62,918 bases of DNA, filler included, from Hausera hauseri (GCA_046269625.1; 11 parts of 11 records of this genome joined end to end with filler, not necessarily neighbours in it); one strand, 5' to 3'. Numbered from the whole stretch's first letter, positions 22,600 to 37,199 are shown. Notes: a model not told the origin generated them from the letters alone. Numbers and translations: made by a program.

Positions 22600-25500
22600 T
22601 CCAATATACATGCGCACAACTATTATTTCGCCACAAGTTTTTCGCTTATCATCGTTACATGACAAAGCGACTTTCGCACTAGTTATGGTATATAGCTGGT
22701 GCTCAATTGATCGGATGATCGTTTGAGACACAACAGCTACTGAGTTTCGTCCTTCTGCTGCGGCTGCTGCTGTTTCATATATAAGGCGATAATCACTTGG
22801 CCGATTTCCGCCTGTCTCACATGGACTCCTTTTTCCCGCATTTTCGGTCTACAGTCCGTCAGAAGACTGCAGCACTTTGGGCGTAGGAATATCCATTCCC
22901 AGTATTAGACACGACATTCACTTTCATCCTTGAAGCAGCCGATTTTATTGGTGATCGCGCTGCTGTACAACAGATGATCCCGTGAGTAGTTGAACGTGTC
23001 CAGTAGTCCATCTGACTGCATTTACTGCAGTAGCTGTTCGCGACTGACTTTTCTCAGCCGCAGGAAAAAACTGTCGGTGTCACCGGCAATTATGTCAATA
23101 TTGCAGCCATTATACATTTGTCGGTAACGTGCCAAGTCACGATACTGCAGCTCTTACATCCGCAGCTTGATCAGGTCAAATACCACTTGTCCGATGTAAC
23201 TTGGCCGGTCCGGAACCACTTCTTCCCTGTTTAAGAGCACCGCAACCAATCCATGGGAAATGTGCATTGACCGCAGAAACTGTGCCTTGCTGGTATACGT
23301 AACCAGCCGATTTTTCGAGTTACATAGGCGCACATTCAGCCGCCTTTTCAGATTCTCCACAGTTTTTCTGTACAGGGAATTGTTTTTCAGCTTGTAGTAG
23401 TCCTTTTCGAACTTTGTATAGGCTGCGGCTCGTTTCTCCTAATTTACATATATGTACGCCTTGAATATGGGAGCTGAGCAAATCGGATTGCACGATGCAG
23501 CTGTGTGACGCGTACATCTAGCTGCATGTAGAACTATAGCAGACGCCAATGGACCACGTAATTCTACTTCGGTTCATGCGTCATGAGCAGTTTCTGCATT
23601 TTTGAGCTTAGCGGATATTGGTTAAATGATGCGACCGGTAAATCGTCCAAAACGTCGTGCAGCTCATCTGGTATCTCGAAATCGACTTTCATTAGGTATG
23701 CGACTGAGCTTGCAATGTCTGCTCGTGGTATGTTGACCGCTGTGGCGTCCAGATCTTGTCTGTCCACTACCCATTCAAATGAACCGTACGGCAAGGGTTG
23801 CAAAAGCATCCAGCCGTACAGCTTATTAATATCAATGTACAGCAGTAATGTAATATCGGTAGCACTGACATGATTCTTGTTTTGACAAATGTCATGCTGC
23901 CGCGAATACCAACATCAAACATTCGGTACATTTCCGGGTCTTGAAGCAGCCCAATGTCTCAATTTAGTAACATTAGAGCTGAAGCAGAACTCATTCCCGG
24001 TATGGAATAAAAGTTATGTGGCTCCAACCTATCTTCCGCCAGCGCTTTGGTCCGAAATGCTTGGAACACGTCGGCTAATAAGTACACGTCCAGTTTAAGA
24101 TACTAGAGCATGTAATCCAACATGTTTCTACAGCCCAGTTCTGTCCAAGATTCTTATGCTGTCCGATATTCATCTTCTGCGATACCTGCCCATCGCGGCG
24201 GTAATTCCTCTGTTGTCTGGAGTCGCTTATATGATGTTGCAAAGTCATATGGAAATATTTGCTGCGTGCAATATGTGCAGGGAACTGCGTCAGCGTTATC
24301 GGCACATCTGGTAAGGCACTTACCCGCTTTTCCAATGATTCATTGAGAAATTGCAATGAATTAAGGAAGCGTACCTGGAGTCGGTTTACGCGTGCCCACA
24401 GCGATAGGTACTTCTCCACTGTCGTCGGAATTATGGACAATTTTCAGTGCGGAATGCCGCTAATGGTCCAGTTGAGAATATGGTGTTAGTCATAACCTCG
24501 GAAATGATGAAAGATCACCGGCAAGAATGGTCGCACTCGCCTTGCTAAATTTCATAAATTGCATGCTGCTCCCAAGTATCGACCGGTGAAATGGTCGTGA
24601 TCCGGCACGAGCCGTTCCTGTGCATCAAACGGTATTATTTTGTGGCACAGATAGCATTTATGGTGACAGCGAAATGCAACGGTTGATATTCGTCTGCCCG
24701 AATCAATGACTTATTGTAATTGTTGCGATACCACAGCGCGATTTCCGTTTCCACTAAGGTTTCCAACTGCTGAAGGAAATCATATACACAGTTCTAACCA
24801 TGGAAAATGGAATACTGCGGTTGTCCAGCGGCTTTTATTGATACTAGCAACATACCGACTGCAACCGGAACGTGATTTTTATCGTATATATTGTGCCATT
24901 GTAGAATTGCTTCCATATTGGCACACACCACATATGCTGGACTGTCCGTTTTAGACCAATCAATGAATCTGAGCTCCTTTTTGACGAGCATGACGTATAT
25001 TGTTGTTCCTTATGCGTTTTTTCTGCATAGCGTGACATCATTTGCCCACGTTCTTTCCGATCTGAATCCATGTAAACATACAGGACACCATTTGCATCGT
25101 AGTTTGCTTTTTGATAAACTGGTCATGTTCTATGTTCAACAGTCTATCCAGCTTTGTCACTGCCACGTAATGAAAAATTTCGGCCTGGTCTAACAGCAAC
25201 AAATTTACCGAGCGTCCATTCGGGTTCCGACTGCGGAATAATGATGCCCACATAGGGGTTCTTACAAATTTCTTCGTCTTCCGGTATTTCAACTATTGTG
25301 TTGTACCGGAAAACGTTGGTTGACAGAGTCGGATTACGCCGTTCAAAAGCCCGAATGGTTTTCAGTTTCATCGGCATCCAGCACTAATCAAATTGCAATT
25401 CGGAAAAATACTGCCGATACTGACTTGGACGATTTGTATGATATCTGTTTACTTCGTTGTACTTTAATACAGCCGGAATACAGCACAAAAAACAGTATTC

Positions 25501-25830
25501 GTCGTCATCAGTATTTTGTACATTCACTACCGGCAGAGACTGCTTTAGAGATGAAGGTGTCGGTATGAATGATCCTCCAGACAAATATATTACGTCACTT
25601 GACTTTGTTATGATAAAGCCGATTGTGACAATTTGTATAAGAAGCCATTCACTACCCTCTTCGGTATAGTTGGCGATTTTTTCATCTAACTTTTCGCCTA
25701 AATCGACAAAAAAATCTTCCAAACACGGTACGGTTCGATGTGACAGATACTGTTGTTTCTTATAACCTTCAAGGCTTTCAAATTCTGCAAGTGTATAATA
25801 TTGCACTTTTCAGTTGTAGCGTTTGAATTT
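22600..25830 (-). pseudogene. polB: Polinton protein-primed family B DNA polymerase with endonuclease VII/HNH-like domain
   Basis: GGSFIPTP...VVNVQNTDDDEYCF; CYLC...DHDHFTGRYLGAACN; motif A YIDINKLYGWMLLQPLPYGSFEW; motif B YKLKNNSLYRKTVEN; motif C AGDTDSFF (~23070); KIGCFKDE; KVALSCNDDKR. Many frameshifts. Confidence 0.92.
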
Positions 25831-25838
25831 CTCCACCT

Positions 25839-26450
25839 CTAATTCCAACGGCTGCACACACTGGACAAAACATACCTCAGCTGTAATGTTGTTGTCCCCG
25901 ACATGTTTACTCTCACGTCCACGTACGATTTGTTTATATCGTACTTGACATTAATGGAAGGTTCCTGCTGTTGCATCTGCTGATGTTCGGTACTGTTTCG
26001 GATTAAGTCATCAAGACTGGTTGAAGCCTGATGTATCCTGCTTGTTGAGGCGATACTGGTTTTTCTTGTCGCCACCACTATTTTCTTTTTGGATCGCTGA
26101 AGCTGGTTTAAATGATCCTTGTTTCGGTTATAAAATTGTTCATAGATGATTTCATCAACTATAGAACAACCGATACAAACATAGGCCCGTTTACCGTGCA
26201 TCGTTGTGGGGCCATAGTACTGCTCCATTACACTATGGCAACTATCAACGTCATGCACTCTACTACTACTACTACTACAGTATCGCGGGCATGTGGGACA
26301 GTACACAACCATCATCTTCTTTGCGCGCGTAAACGGGTAAAGATGATGTTTGTGCATCTCATAAAAGTTTGGGTATGGACAAGGGGCCGAAATACTAGCG
26401 CATGTTGGGAACAAAAATGACTCGGTGCCAACAGAGTAATATTTAGCCAT
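25839..26450 (-). CDS. Cys/His-rich ORF immediately upstream of pPolB; probably the pPolB N-terminal extension or a Polinton accessory ORF
   Basis: 203-aa frame with CPTC and CIGC motifs, on the same strand as and abutting pPolB. Confidence 0.35.
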   Translation of the reverse strand: MAKYYSVGTESFLFPTCASISAPCPYPNFYEMHKHHLYPFTRAKKMMVVYCPTCPRYCSSSSSRVHDVDSCHSVMEQYYGPTTMHGKRAYVCIGCSIVDEIIYEQFYNRNKDHLNQLQRSKKKIVVATRKTSIASTSRIHQASTSLDDLIRNSTEHQQMQQQEPSINVKYDINKSYVDVRVNMSGTTTLQLRYVLSSVCSRWN

Positions 26451-28949
26451 CTGCTGATGGCACTACTCCTGCTCCGCATGTATATATGGGATATTGCTTA
26501 CATTTCTGAATTTAAACATATTAACATTTAAAATATATTAAAATTATAAATTATTATTATCCATGCTTCCACTACTACTAATAATAATCAAATGGAATCG
26601 TACATTGAAAATGAAATTCAGAAATTGACCGATTATATGGACATGTGTTTGATGTACGGTTTTTATGTGAACTCACAGAAACGAGAATAATAAGCGGGCG
26701 CGAATATATTGAATTGATAATCAGATCTGTCTTCGTAAAACGTATCGAGAATGAAATGAGACGAAAACGGTAACAAAAACTACGGATTAATTTCCTTATT
26801 GGACTTGCATTTTCTACTTCGCTTTGTATTGTAATGAAAATGTTGATTCACCGTATTTAATCACATTATTTTGCTATGTTTGTTTTCGTGAATCAATATA
26901 ATTTATTTCGCGTGTCATTGTTGTTACATTTCAGTATAAATACTTGTGCTTCGTTAGCGCATGAAATTACAACATGTCCTATTTATCAGAACTCATTTGT
27001 TTGTATCACTCCTTCGACGGTCTCCGGAGTCACCTTTACAATATTGATCGACCTTTACATGATATGCGATACTGTTCTGCCGAAGAGGTACTTCTGTATG
27101 CTGATGAGAATTGGAGGGCACGGGAACCTTATCTATGACATATGAAGCAGGTTGTTGGTGACATTAATATGATATTCGGTCAGATTTTTTGCATGTGGCA
27201 GAAATTAGCGGATACCTATGCACTGTGACAACAGTCCACGTCAAATGCAGTTTGTAGATGATTTTGTCCGAAGCGATCCGATGATGATGGATTATGTTCC
27301 CATGTGGCAATCTGCGGGTCAGATTTGCTTTAAAAGCATTTGAATGTAACTAATTCCGATGGATTCGTTCATTATCCTATGGAATTGGTTAACCCATGTG
27401 GTTTCTATGCTCCTAACATTCATTAAAACGATTTAATTGTTGTTGTACAAAAGAAAGGGAAATAAATGTTCGATTTAGATTTGACTTGGCAGCATACCTG
27501 ATTGTTATAGCCGCACAGGTGTGGTCCGACTAAATTTTAGGTTACCGAAAAATTAAAATGATCCTTATAGTCAGATAGGTGGGGAAATGTGGTTGTCTGA
27601 AACTGGGTCGGTCCAACATTTTTCCGACGTAACTCATTGCGGTGAGTCCGAACATGCAGGTGTCCGAAACTGGGTCATTAATAAAAATTAATGATAAAAA
27701 GAAACATTAATAAAATATTAAAATTAATAATAAAATAGTAATATAAAAAATTATTAAGAGAAAAACAAACATTCATTGGGTGATCCATCCTCGGTTGACA
27801 CAAATTTTCGAAATGACGCTAAACTAAGTGCCATTATTTTATATGTTAGTGTGTGTAGTGGTCATAATTTAGTGACACACATTGCTGATTTTGAAAGCAA
27901 TGCTTCCAAATAACAACACAGTCTCGATTTCAAATGTCAAATATTTCTGTATTGAATTTTACACTAAAGAGCGAACAAATCATGAGAAATAGTATGATAT
28001 TTTCATTAATGTGAGCTTCACCACATCATTTCAATATCTATGTTACACATTTAGTGGTACTCATTAGTTTGTAGGCAAATGGTCTCAGGCGTCACCATCA
28101 CCACCACCACCATTGCACTTTTGATTACAATCATACTCTTTGTGAGTCTTAGTAGTACTCAGTTATAAGCTCGTGGTAATTTGTGCAATCGTAAACCGCC
28201 ATTCGGTTTTAAGCGTCGTCGTCGTCGTTGTACAAAATAAAATTTACGACTTTTACAAAACGAACGCATTTATAACGATAATGACAATGATGATTTTGAC
28301 TTCTTTTTAACAATGCGTTTCATTCCGTTTCGTTTTTCGGTTGCATTTTTCACCCGGATCCGTTAATCTGATTGTGAGGCGGTTATAATATGAATTTTTC
28401 CCATACTTATGGGCAATGTACGAGACTCATTTCCATTACCGGTAGACTTGAACAAGGCGAAATTTTACCCGACGGGAATTTTCCCAACCGGTTTTCCCTA
28501 TGTTCCCTTGGTCTGACGACGACGAAACCGTGTCCATTCGACTTGTTAACATCAATTTTACCTCTGTACAAAATTTCGGTATACCAGCAACACGTGTTGC
28601 GTTGCCGGTTGCATATTACCCGTTTTTCTCTTCCGCTTCTTGTGCCGCCGGGTTACATTTTTTGGCTTGCCGGCGCAGTTGACTTTTGTTCGCCTTGTCC
28701 GGCTCGACCGATTGGTCTCGGTTCAAATTCCATTGCGCCACCTTCTTCCGTCCATGGCGGAGGGGGGTCTCCGAACACCAGACATGAAATGCTCAGAATT
28801 GCGAGATAGGTGGGGAAAACTGGTTTTCAGGTCATTTTGAGCACTTTTGGGGCAGTGGTTAGGAAAGGACACTTCTACCTACTCCTGGCCAACGCATTCA
28901 AGTTGTAAAGCATTTTGTCGTTGAGCATTCAAAGACCGACTTTGTGTTA

Positions 28950-29650
28950 CATGGTGAATCCTAATTTACTCTAACTAGATCTCAGCAAGAAGGATTGTAC
29001 ATCCCAGTAGCAATTGAAAAACAATGTTCCTGATGTGTTACGCTTAAAATACCGCCAGAAATTTTGCCCAAAAATCTTAATTTGCTTTGCCGTTTCCAAG
29101 CGTGGAATTTCTTTGTTGATTCGCAAGTCAAATTCCCTTTTTCTCAATTCTGCAATTTACGTGAATGAGTGCGTTAAAAGCATTTATTACCATTTCACTC
29201 CACTGTATATCCCAGAGGATATTACATCTTTTGGCCTGACCTAGCCTCGTGTCACTATGCCCGTGCAACATTGGAGTGGTTTGAAAGCAAGAAAATACCA
29301 TTCATTCCCAAAGAGAAAAATCCACCTTGTGCACCATAGATCGGCCCAGTTGAGAACTTCTGAGCCCACCTTAAGTTAAAGGTGTACCAAAATAGCTGGA
29401 TTGTCGAAAATGAGACGCAACTTGCACGAAGAAAGCAAAAACCTTTCCGCCAATTTACTTCAAAGATCTATTCCACCACTTCAAAGAAAAAATTGTTGTG
29501 TTGAAAACGGCCCGAATTCTATAATTTGATTGTTATTTTACTTACCGGGAGAGTTGTTAAATTTTGCTCTGAAGTTTCGTTGCTACACCTTTTTTATTTA
29601 AAGAATTGGAACACTTTCTTTTGTTGTAAACTTTTTAGGGCACACATGTT
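28950..29650 (+). mobile_element. IS630-Tc1-mariner DD37E transposase remnant
   Basis: KFCPKILICFAVSKRGIS...NSAIYVNEC; FWPDLASCHYA...FIPKEKNPPCAP*IGPVENF. Counted 37 residues between D (29238) and E (29352). Confidence 0.85.
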
Positions 29651-30980
29651 GAGTGAATTTAAGCGTAATAAATGACAATAATTTTTTATGAAACACAAAT
29701 TATGTTTTTCAGTAAATATACACACAATTTGAAATCGTCATTAGAAAAACTTTGTGAAAAATGTATTTTCATCACCTCTTGTTAATATCTTCCACATATT
29801 TTCCGTGTTTAACACCATTGCTTAATTAGTATAATGATTCTACAGAATTAGACTTTTGCGTACTAAATCATTTATGTTACATGATTATTTTCATTGCAAA
29901 AATATTAGTAATTTGCGACAGAACTTGCAAATAAGATGTATTTTANNNNNNNNNNNNNNNNNNNNNNNNNNNNNNNNNNNNNNNNNNNNTTAATTAATTA
30001 ANNNNNNNNNNNNNNNNNNNNNNNNNNNNNNNNNNNNNNNNNNNNGACACCACTAAACAAATGGTTACGAATGCTGAAAAAATTAATTTCAATTTTTTTT
30101 TCTTACAAACATTCTATTTTTATCGAACAGTCGGTTAAAAGAGTGTTCGACAAACTTGATTAACTCGACAAGTTGAATGATGCAAGAATTAGAATTCAAT
30201 GAAGGCGTGAGTCGAAGTATTTAAATAACAAAATAATTGATACTAATGAAATTTATAAACTGAAGTCAAATGCAATCATTAATTTATTTCGTGACCAAAT
30301 TATACATGTTTTTAAAATGGTGTTATGATGAGTGCATTTTTATTTTATGATGGAATTAGTTTTGTATATAGCGTGACAGTCAATATTAAAGTAATTTTAT
30401 TCGACAAGTATATTACAAAATTCACAATCACAAAATAAAAATGCATTGGATTAAGGGATGAAAGAACCGGCATGATATTTCCTCGAAAAAATGTCCGGAA
30501 AAAGTTGTGGTGCTCCAGAAAGTGTCATTTTACACTTGAAGCTGGTAGATGCTTTAATCCTGGCTTCGTCTAATCCGGATAAATTTTCATAGTCCTTGAA
30601 ATCTGAATTACGCGGAAATGAAAAAAAATTGGCGTTTCATTAAGATTGTATAAACAAAATTATATTCATTTCTGGGTAAATAATATTTTTATTTGCTAGA
30701 TCAACAAATCTCAAAAAATTTCACAAAAATATTCTTGTTTCCGAAAATATTTATCATTGTGTAATAAAAATAATTTAATTAAAGTGGTCCGCAAAAACAA
30801 ATATCAAGTCCTTTCAAAAAGACAAAATATAATTCATTTTCCTTATTAATTTGATATGTTTTAAATAATATCAATGTTTTGTACAGATTTAATAATTGCG
30901 AAGGTTAATTTACTTTTTTAAAATATTTAAAATTTGTTTGATTTATACATTTATTTACATAAAAAATCAGTTTATTGAGA

Positions 30981-33159
30981 ATGCCGATCATGAGCAAGAA
31001 AGAACAGATTTCAACACTTATTCAGACGTCCTATCCGGCCCTTCAAGATGAATTATTTGATTATGTGAATGATATTTTGATTGAAAACGCTGATACATTT
31101 GTGTGTGTTGCTGAGATAAAGGATGCCATTGAAGGTGATGCTAAATACAATTAGTGAATTTATTAGTTACTTTTGATATTTAGGTATATTAAATGAAATT
31201 GATTCTACAAAATCTGAAGACGATGTCGTTTCTTTATGTGAAGATATTTTCAAAATTTTAAATATCGAAGGCAATCAAGTTAAACAGCCGATTTTACTGA
31301 ACAATCCAGTTTCTATTAGTGATTTAGTCGATAAAACAAAGCCGATTGTCTTTACGGATTTTTCCAAAGATGATTACCTGAAAAATTTGTGGACAACGCT
31401 GATTAGTGACGAAATTATTAAACAGAATTTAGCTAGAGCACAAGAAACAAAGCAAAAGAAACAGAAAAAGGAAACTGACGGAATGCACACGTTATTGATT
31501 AGTCAGCAATTCAGTCGAAATAATAATTTGAATGAAGCGGATAAAGATTGTAGCAGCTGTGATGGAAAAACAACAATCGTAAATTTTACAATTGATAATT
31601 TTGATATGTCCTTTGGAAGTAAAGTTCTACTAAAAGAAGCCTCAATATCCATTTCAATCGGTCAACGATATGGTCTGGTGGGTCGAAATGGATTGGGGAA
31701 AAGTACGTTGCTGAAAGCCATCTATTCCGGTGATTTGAAACTTCCGGCAAAAGTATCTGTTTTGTTGGTCGAACAAGAAGTTTTTGGCGATGATACTAAA
31801 GCCATTGATAGCGTGTTAGAATCGGATGTTGTTCGACATAATTTGCTCAAAGAACAGGAAACACTGAGCAAAATATCAAGTAAAGAACAAAATTCCAGAC
31901 GTCTATTTGAAATTTACGAAAAACTAAACGAAATTGAAGCCGATAAAGCTCCAACGCGTGCAGCGTTAATTCTCAATGGTTTGGGATTTTCATCAGATAT
32001 GCAACAGCAACCGACCAAATCATTTTCCGGTGGTTGGCGAATGCGATTATCGTTGGCAAAGGCACTTTTTTGTCAACCGGATTTATTGTTACTTGATGAA
32101 CCGACGAACATGTTGGACATGAAAGCAACGATTTGGTTGGAGGAATATTTGAAAACGTGGAAGAAAAGTCTGATTGTCGTTTCTCACGATCAGAAATTTC
32201 TCGATTCCGTTTCCACGGATACGCTCTATTTACATTCGTTAAAGATTGATCATTACAAATGCAATTTTACACAATTTCAAGTGGCATTGGAGAACAAAGT
32301 CAGCGCACAAATCAGAGAATATGAAAGCCAAAAATTATACCGGGAGAGTGTTCAACGGTTCATCGACAGATTCCGTTGTTATGCCAGTAAGGCCAGTCTC
32401 GTGCAAAGTAAAATTAAACTACTCGAACGACTACCGGTCATAGAAATGCCGGAACCGGAGATGGAAGTCGTATTTGATTTTCCGGAATGTGGCAATTTGC
32501 AAACGGTCGCTATTCAGGCCGATGATGTGTGTTTCGGATACGACGACAAACGGACTGTCATAAAGAATTTGGAAATCCAGGTTAGTTCCCAGAGTCGTGT
32601 GTGTATCGTCGGTGAAAATGGTGCCGGTAAATCGACTCTACTCAAATTGTTCATGGGCCAATTGGATCCACAGGGCGGTATGTTGAGAATCCACAAGAAT
32701 ATCAGATTTGGCTATTTCTGTCAGCATCATGTCGATCAACTCGACGTTCAACAATCGTCGTTGGACTTTCTTCGTTCGTCATATCCTGGATACGAACCAC
32801 AATACTATCGGGCGAGACTCAGGTATTTTGGCATCAATGGTGAGATGGCATTGAGACCAATTAACAGTTTGTCCGGTGGTCAAAAGTCTCGTGTGGCATT
32901 CGCCATTCTGTTCTTGAAAAATCCGAATTTTCTCATTCTTGACGAACCGACGAACCATTTGGACATGCAGACGATATCGGCGTTGGCCGAGGCAATCAAG
33001 AAATTTGACGGCGGCGTTATTTTGGTATCTCACAATGAGAAACTGATCAATGAAGTGTGCAATGAACTGTGGCTGGTGGAGAAGAATGGTCGTGTTAGTA
33101 TTGTTGATGGAGGTATTGGTAAGTATAGAGAAATGTTGTTGAAAGAATTGGAATGTTGA
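30981..33159 (+). CDS. ABCF3: ATP-binding cassette subfamily F member 3 (GCN20 homolog); exons 30981-31134 and 31184-33159, 709 aa (706 if the ATG at 30990 is used)
   Basis: Two ABC domains (GRNGLGKST/FSGGW/LLLLDEPTN; GENGAGKST/LSGGQ/FLILDEPTN) and no TM. Removing the 49-nt GT..AG intron joins an ABCF3-like N-terminus (ELFDYVNDIL...) in frame with no stops. Confidence 0.93.
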
Positions 33160-35091
33160 TATCTGAAACACGGTGCTTTCCTTTCAATGATGATTTTTTA
33201 TGATTTCATTTTGGTTTTTCGTTCTCTTCTGAAAACTATTCGAATGTTCTTTCACTTCTTAAAGTTATTGTCTTTGCGGAATTTAACCCCCCCCACCCCG
33301 AAATTCGCGAATAACAAAAACCTTTAATTTTGTTAAACTACATATCATACACTCTTCCAAATTATTAAGATGTTACAACGTTCATGATATTTACACTAAT
33401 AAACTATGATATTTCGGTTAAACGAGGAGTGCTATCATCGAAACAATAGCTTTGGGTTAAATCATTATATACAATTTCACTTATTTGAGCAATAAAAGAC
33501 AATATAAATTATTTATTTCGAACCTCTATATAGATTTACAGTTATCAACTTTTCCTGTATTCTCCTATTTTGTTAAATTCGGATTCAGTTTCTTTGAAAG
33601 GAACACATCCTAATATTCCATGACAATTTGTTTCAACTACGTTTACAAACTACTTTAAGATTAATACTCACGTTGCTTGATAGATGAGAACTATTATCTC
33701 CTGAATTATTTATTATTAAGGCAATTCGATGTAACAAATTCTGGTTATCTGTTTAGAACCCATTTTCGTTAATTCATCAAATTACAACTTTACTTCTTCC
33801 TCCATTTTGACTTCATTCACTCATTCTTTAACCTTTCTGAATTCATCTCTATAATAGTTAAAATCAATTCAATGATTTAATTAGCTACTCAACAATTAAG
33901 CAATCAGAGACTATAAATCTTGTTGAGCTTTCAAGAAATTTAAATATATCAACAAAATTTTCATTATAATCAAAACATTATACATCAACTTTAAACTTTA
34001 TAGCGGCGTGGTTATTACTGAACTTTAAAATAATTTAAATCAGTGAATACTGTGTTCTTCCACGTTTGTTTCCTGCGTTCTTTCATTATAGTTTTCGGTG
34101 TTGGACATGGTAATTCTATCTTTGACGCTAATTGCAATTTAGTTCGTAAGCGTCTCTGAGAATTATGATTAGAATGTCCTTTCAATGATATTATTGAAAC
34201 TTTCTTGAATATTTGATATAGGAATCTGTTAATCCAATTCTTAATATAAATATCAAATACTTAGAATATTTCTGTGTAGATTTCTTTTTTGACTAAAATA
34301 ATTCATTCAAAATTGCAGTAGAAATCAATTACTTGACTTCCTAAAATTTCTACGAATTCTGTAAAAGTTTTCAGCAATGTATAAAAATGTGTGTGTTTCG
34401 TGTGTTGTTCTCCGTAGTTATGGCTGGCTTTTATACCAGTTTGCAAAGTAAATGATTTATTAAATTTGTCAATTTATTTTTCAAAATTGTAACGCAGTGA
34501 TTTATTAAATATGACCTAGTTTGCCAAAATTGCAGTATAATAATTTATTTATTTCTTTTACAACTACTATTGGATTGTCAAATTGATTTTCAGAATTACC
34601 AAATTCTAATTTATTATGTGGCTAATTCAGTTCTAAAAAGGGTGCGGGTTAATTCCAAAATAACATGATTTAACTTCAACCGTCGATTTTAGAATTTCAA
34701 ACAAATCGATTGATTTATGGCTTGTGTGTATTTCTTGAATTGCAAATAAACCAACACGGGATTCCGAAATTTTAAACAAACCGATTATTTATATTCTGCT
34801 TAATCTGAATAACACCTGGCCCAAGAATTTGATTTATGGTCTATAGCTAACAGCTTGAAGGTTCCTAGTTATTTGCAAATGCCTAATTTGTAGATGTAAC
34901 GTAAATGTAAATTTAAAAAATGTTATTTACTTCATTATTTACTGATTTAACTGAATGCATTCAATTTATTAATTTAGCCGCCTATTTTGGTNNNNNNNNN
35001 NNNNNNNNNNNNNNNNNNNNNNNNNNNNNNNNNNNTTAATTAATTAANNNNNNNNNNNNNNNNNNNNNNNNNNNNNNNNNNNNNNNNNNNN

Positions 35092-37100
35092 CTAAGGCCA
35101 ATCTGTTTAAATCGCAGATTTATGTCAAGAGTATTACCTATCATAAATTTTTGTCTTTTCGAACGATTTTCTAGTTGATCTGTATCTTTGTCCAGACTAC
35201 GAAGGAAGGCTGAGAACTTCGTCAAAATGTGCCACAATACTCCACTATAACACACTTTAGGTACCTTGACCATTTCTATTGATAGCGACTGTCTTATATA
35301 TAATATTAGTTGTGACTCGAGAATATCCTCACTAACAATGATCTTGTTAATTTTAGCAAATCTCGACGTCAATAGATGCCAAGTATGACAATCTACTTTT
35401 GCTAAGAACTATATCAGTAAGATCGCCACTGAAATCTTTTATCAAACAATGAGAAGGAGTAGAATCATATAGAACTAGACTTCGCATCCGAAAGTGTTTC
35501 GGGGGGGGGGTGCGAACGAAGACTATCAAAAATCGCCTGCAAATCAACATTGAAAATCTTTGATATTTCTTTGTACTTGAGAAATGAATTAAGGCCATAT
35601 GTATACAAGTTCGTCGATGATTCGGATATTTGTTTCGTTTTCACCAGCATTTCCTTCGTTTCTTTGTTGTAACCGATTTGACGCTGCTAGACTGAGGAAC
35701 GTTCTGGACGAAATTGTCAACGTCGTCAAACTTGTCGCGTAAATTATTATTCAGTATGAATTTTATACACCGTTCGAAAATTAACATAATCTTCGTTTGC
35801 CTAAGACAATGCGTTGGTTTGAAGTATTGATAATAACATTTTCCTTACGATCCAAATAACTATTGAATATTCAATAAGCACTTTGTACACGACATGGATT
35901 TCATTTGCCGAACCACGCTCCAATTTCGTCACCATATCTCCCAGGTGATTTTGAGCATCATGCAGATTTAATCGATTTATCAGACCGTAAATGATGTCAC
36001 CAGCAAAATCGGAAAATTTATTAAAGCGAGATACCGAGTGCAAATTGATGGACATCAGTGAAGTTTAAAATGGTGGCAACAAATTTTTTTGACACATTCT
36101 TTTGAAATTTTCCACATAATACGCGATTTGATTGATCAAAACTTGTTTTCCCGACGAACATATTTCAAGCATAGTGAAAAAACAACTTACTATAATATTC
36201 GAGTTTTCGCATTCCAAAGCAATTGTTGAAATGAGCTTTAAACATCTTTCCTGAAAATTATTAGCACGATCACTTTATTGGAATTACCCATCGGCTTCAT
36301 ATCAGTCAATTGTCTTAACTCTGCAATTTTATCATTTTGAATGTCAAGTAGCCTTTGTGTTCAGTGTTTACGACCATCGGACGGTACATATTCATCATCC
36401 GAACACAACGAAGAAATGGACAGTATTCGCTTGTGTTTGAAGTCATTCGAATGCGATTCATTATCCAATAGACTTTCCGCAGACCGTCCGGCAGCTTTAA
36501 AACAACTATTTATCCAATCAATGATCAATGAAGATCGAGCCAGATCTTCTTCAACTTTCACTAACGGAATAAATCCCAAAAAATTGACAACGCCAAAACA
36601 ATGAAATATGGTTTCGTTAATGTGGGTATGTTCAAGATCGTTGTTCATCAATGTAATTAGAGACTAATTCCAACAGAACTGTCGTTGATTGAACGTAATA
36701 TTCGTTTCGAAACTGAGTACATTTAAGTATAACCTTTTGCAGGTACAGCAAATAATGGAGTAATGAAAACTTCCTGCGATTTAGTGAGTTATAAACTGTC
36801 TCTGAAATTTTCTGACGACAATTTACTGCCAGATTCGGACAGCGATGAATTGTCGTCAAGTAAATACTTCAGAAATGCATCAAGCATATTAGAAATTGCT
36901 TTATCTTCGATTGACGGGCAACATGATTTGTCACAAATAAATGTCAAATGTTCAATAAGGAACGATTCCTCTTGAATCAGACTGTTTTTTCTTTGAGTTG
37001 AAAAGGAATTAATAATGTACACATCGTTCAAAATGTTCTTGAGTAGCAAATGAACAACTGAATAGATTTGAAATGCGATACCGTCTCGAAATAAATTCCT
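35092..37100 (-). pseudogene. Unassigned decayed coding region
   Basis: Series of overlapping short minus-strand ORFs with protein-like, helical composition, linked by frameshifts; family not recognised. Confidence 0.3.
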
Positions 37101-37199
37101 CGTAGAGAAGATTTACATTCATGACAAATCCGATTTATTCGAATTTGTTCAGCCAAGCTCAATTCGGTTAAAACAACAGAGGAAAATTGCTTCAAATTG

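Noticed and set aside
28390-28840. GC-richer stretch with overlapping ORFs
   Set aside because: No recognisable motif in any frame; cannot support a call.
2672-29340. TAA/TAG reassigned to Gln, or RIP-like CpA mutation, because many stops fall where Q is expected
   Set aside because: ABCF3 has no in-frame TAR in 709 codons, frameshifts and TGA lesions are also common, and CAR-to-TAR is the commonest single-step route to a stop.
30452-30605. Possible small terminal exon on the minus strand upstream of ABCF3
   Set aside because: Only ~50 codons, with no recognisable homology or supported start.
32779-33171. 130-aa minus-strand ORF
   Set aside because: Antisense shadow of the ABCF3 second ATPase domain.
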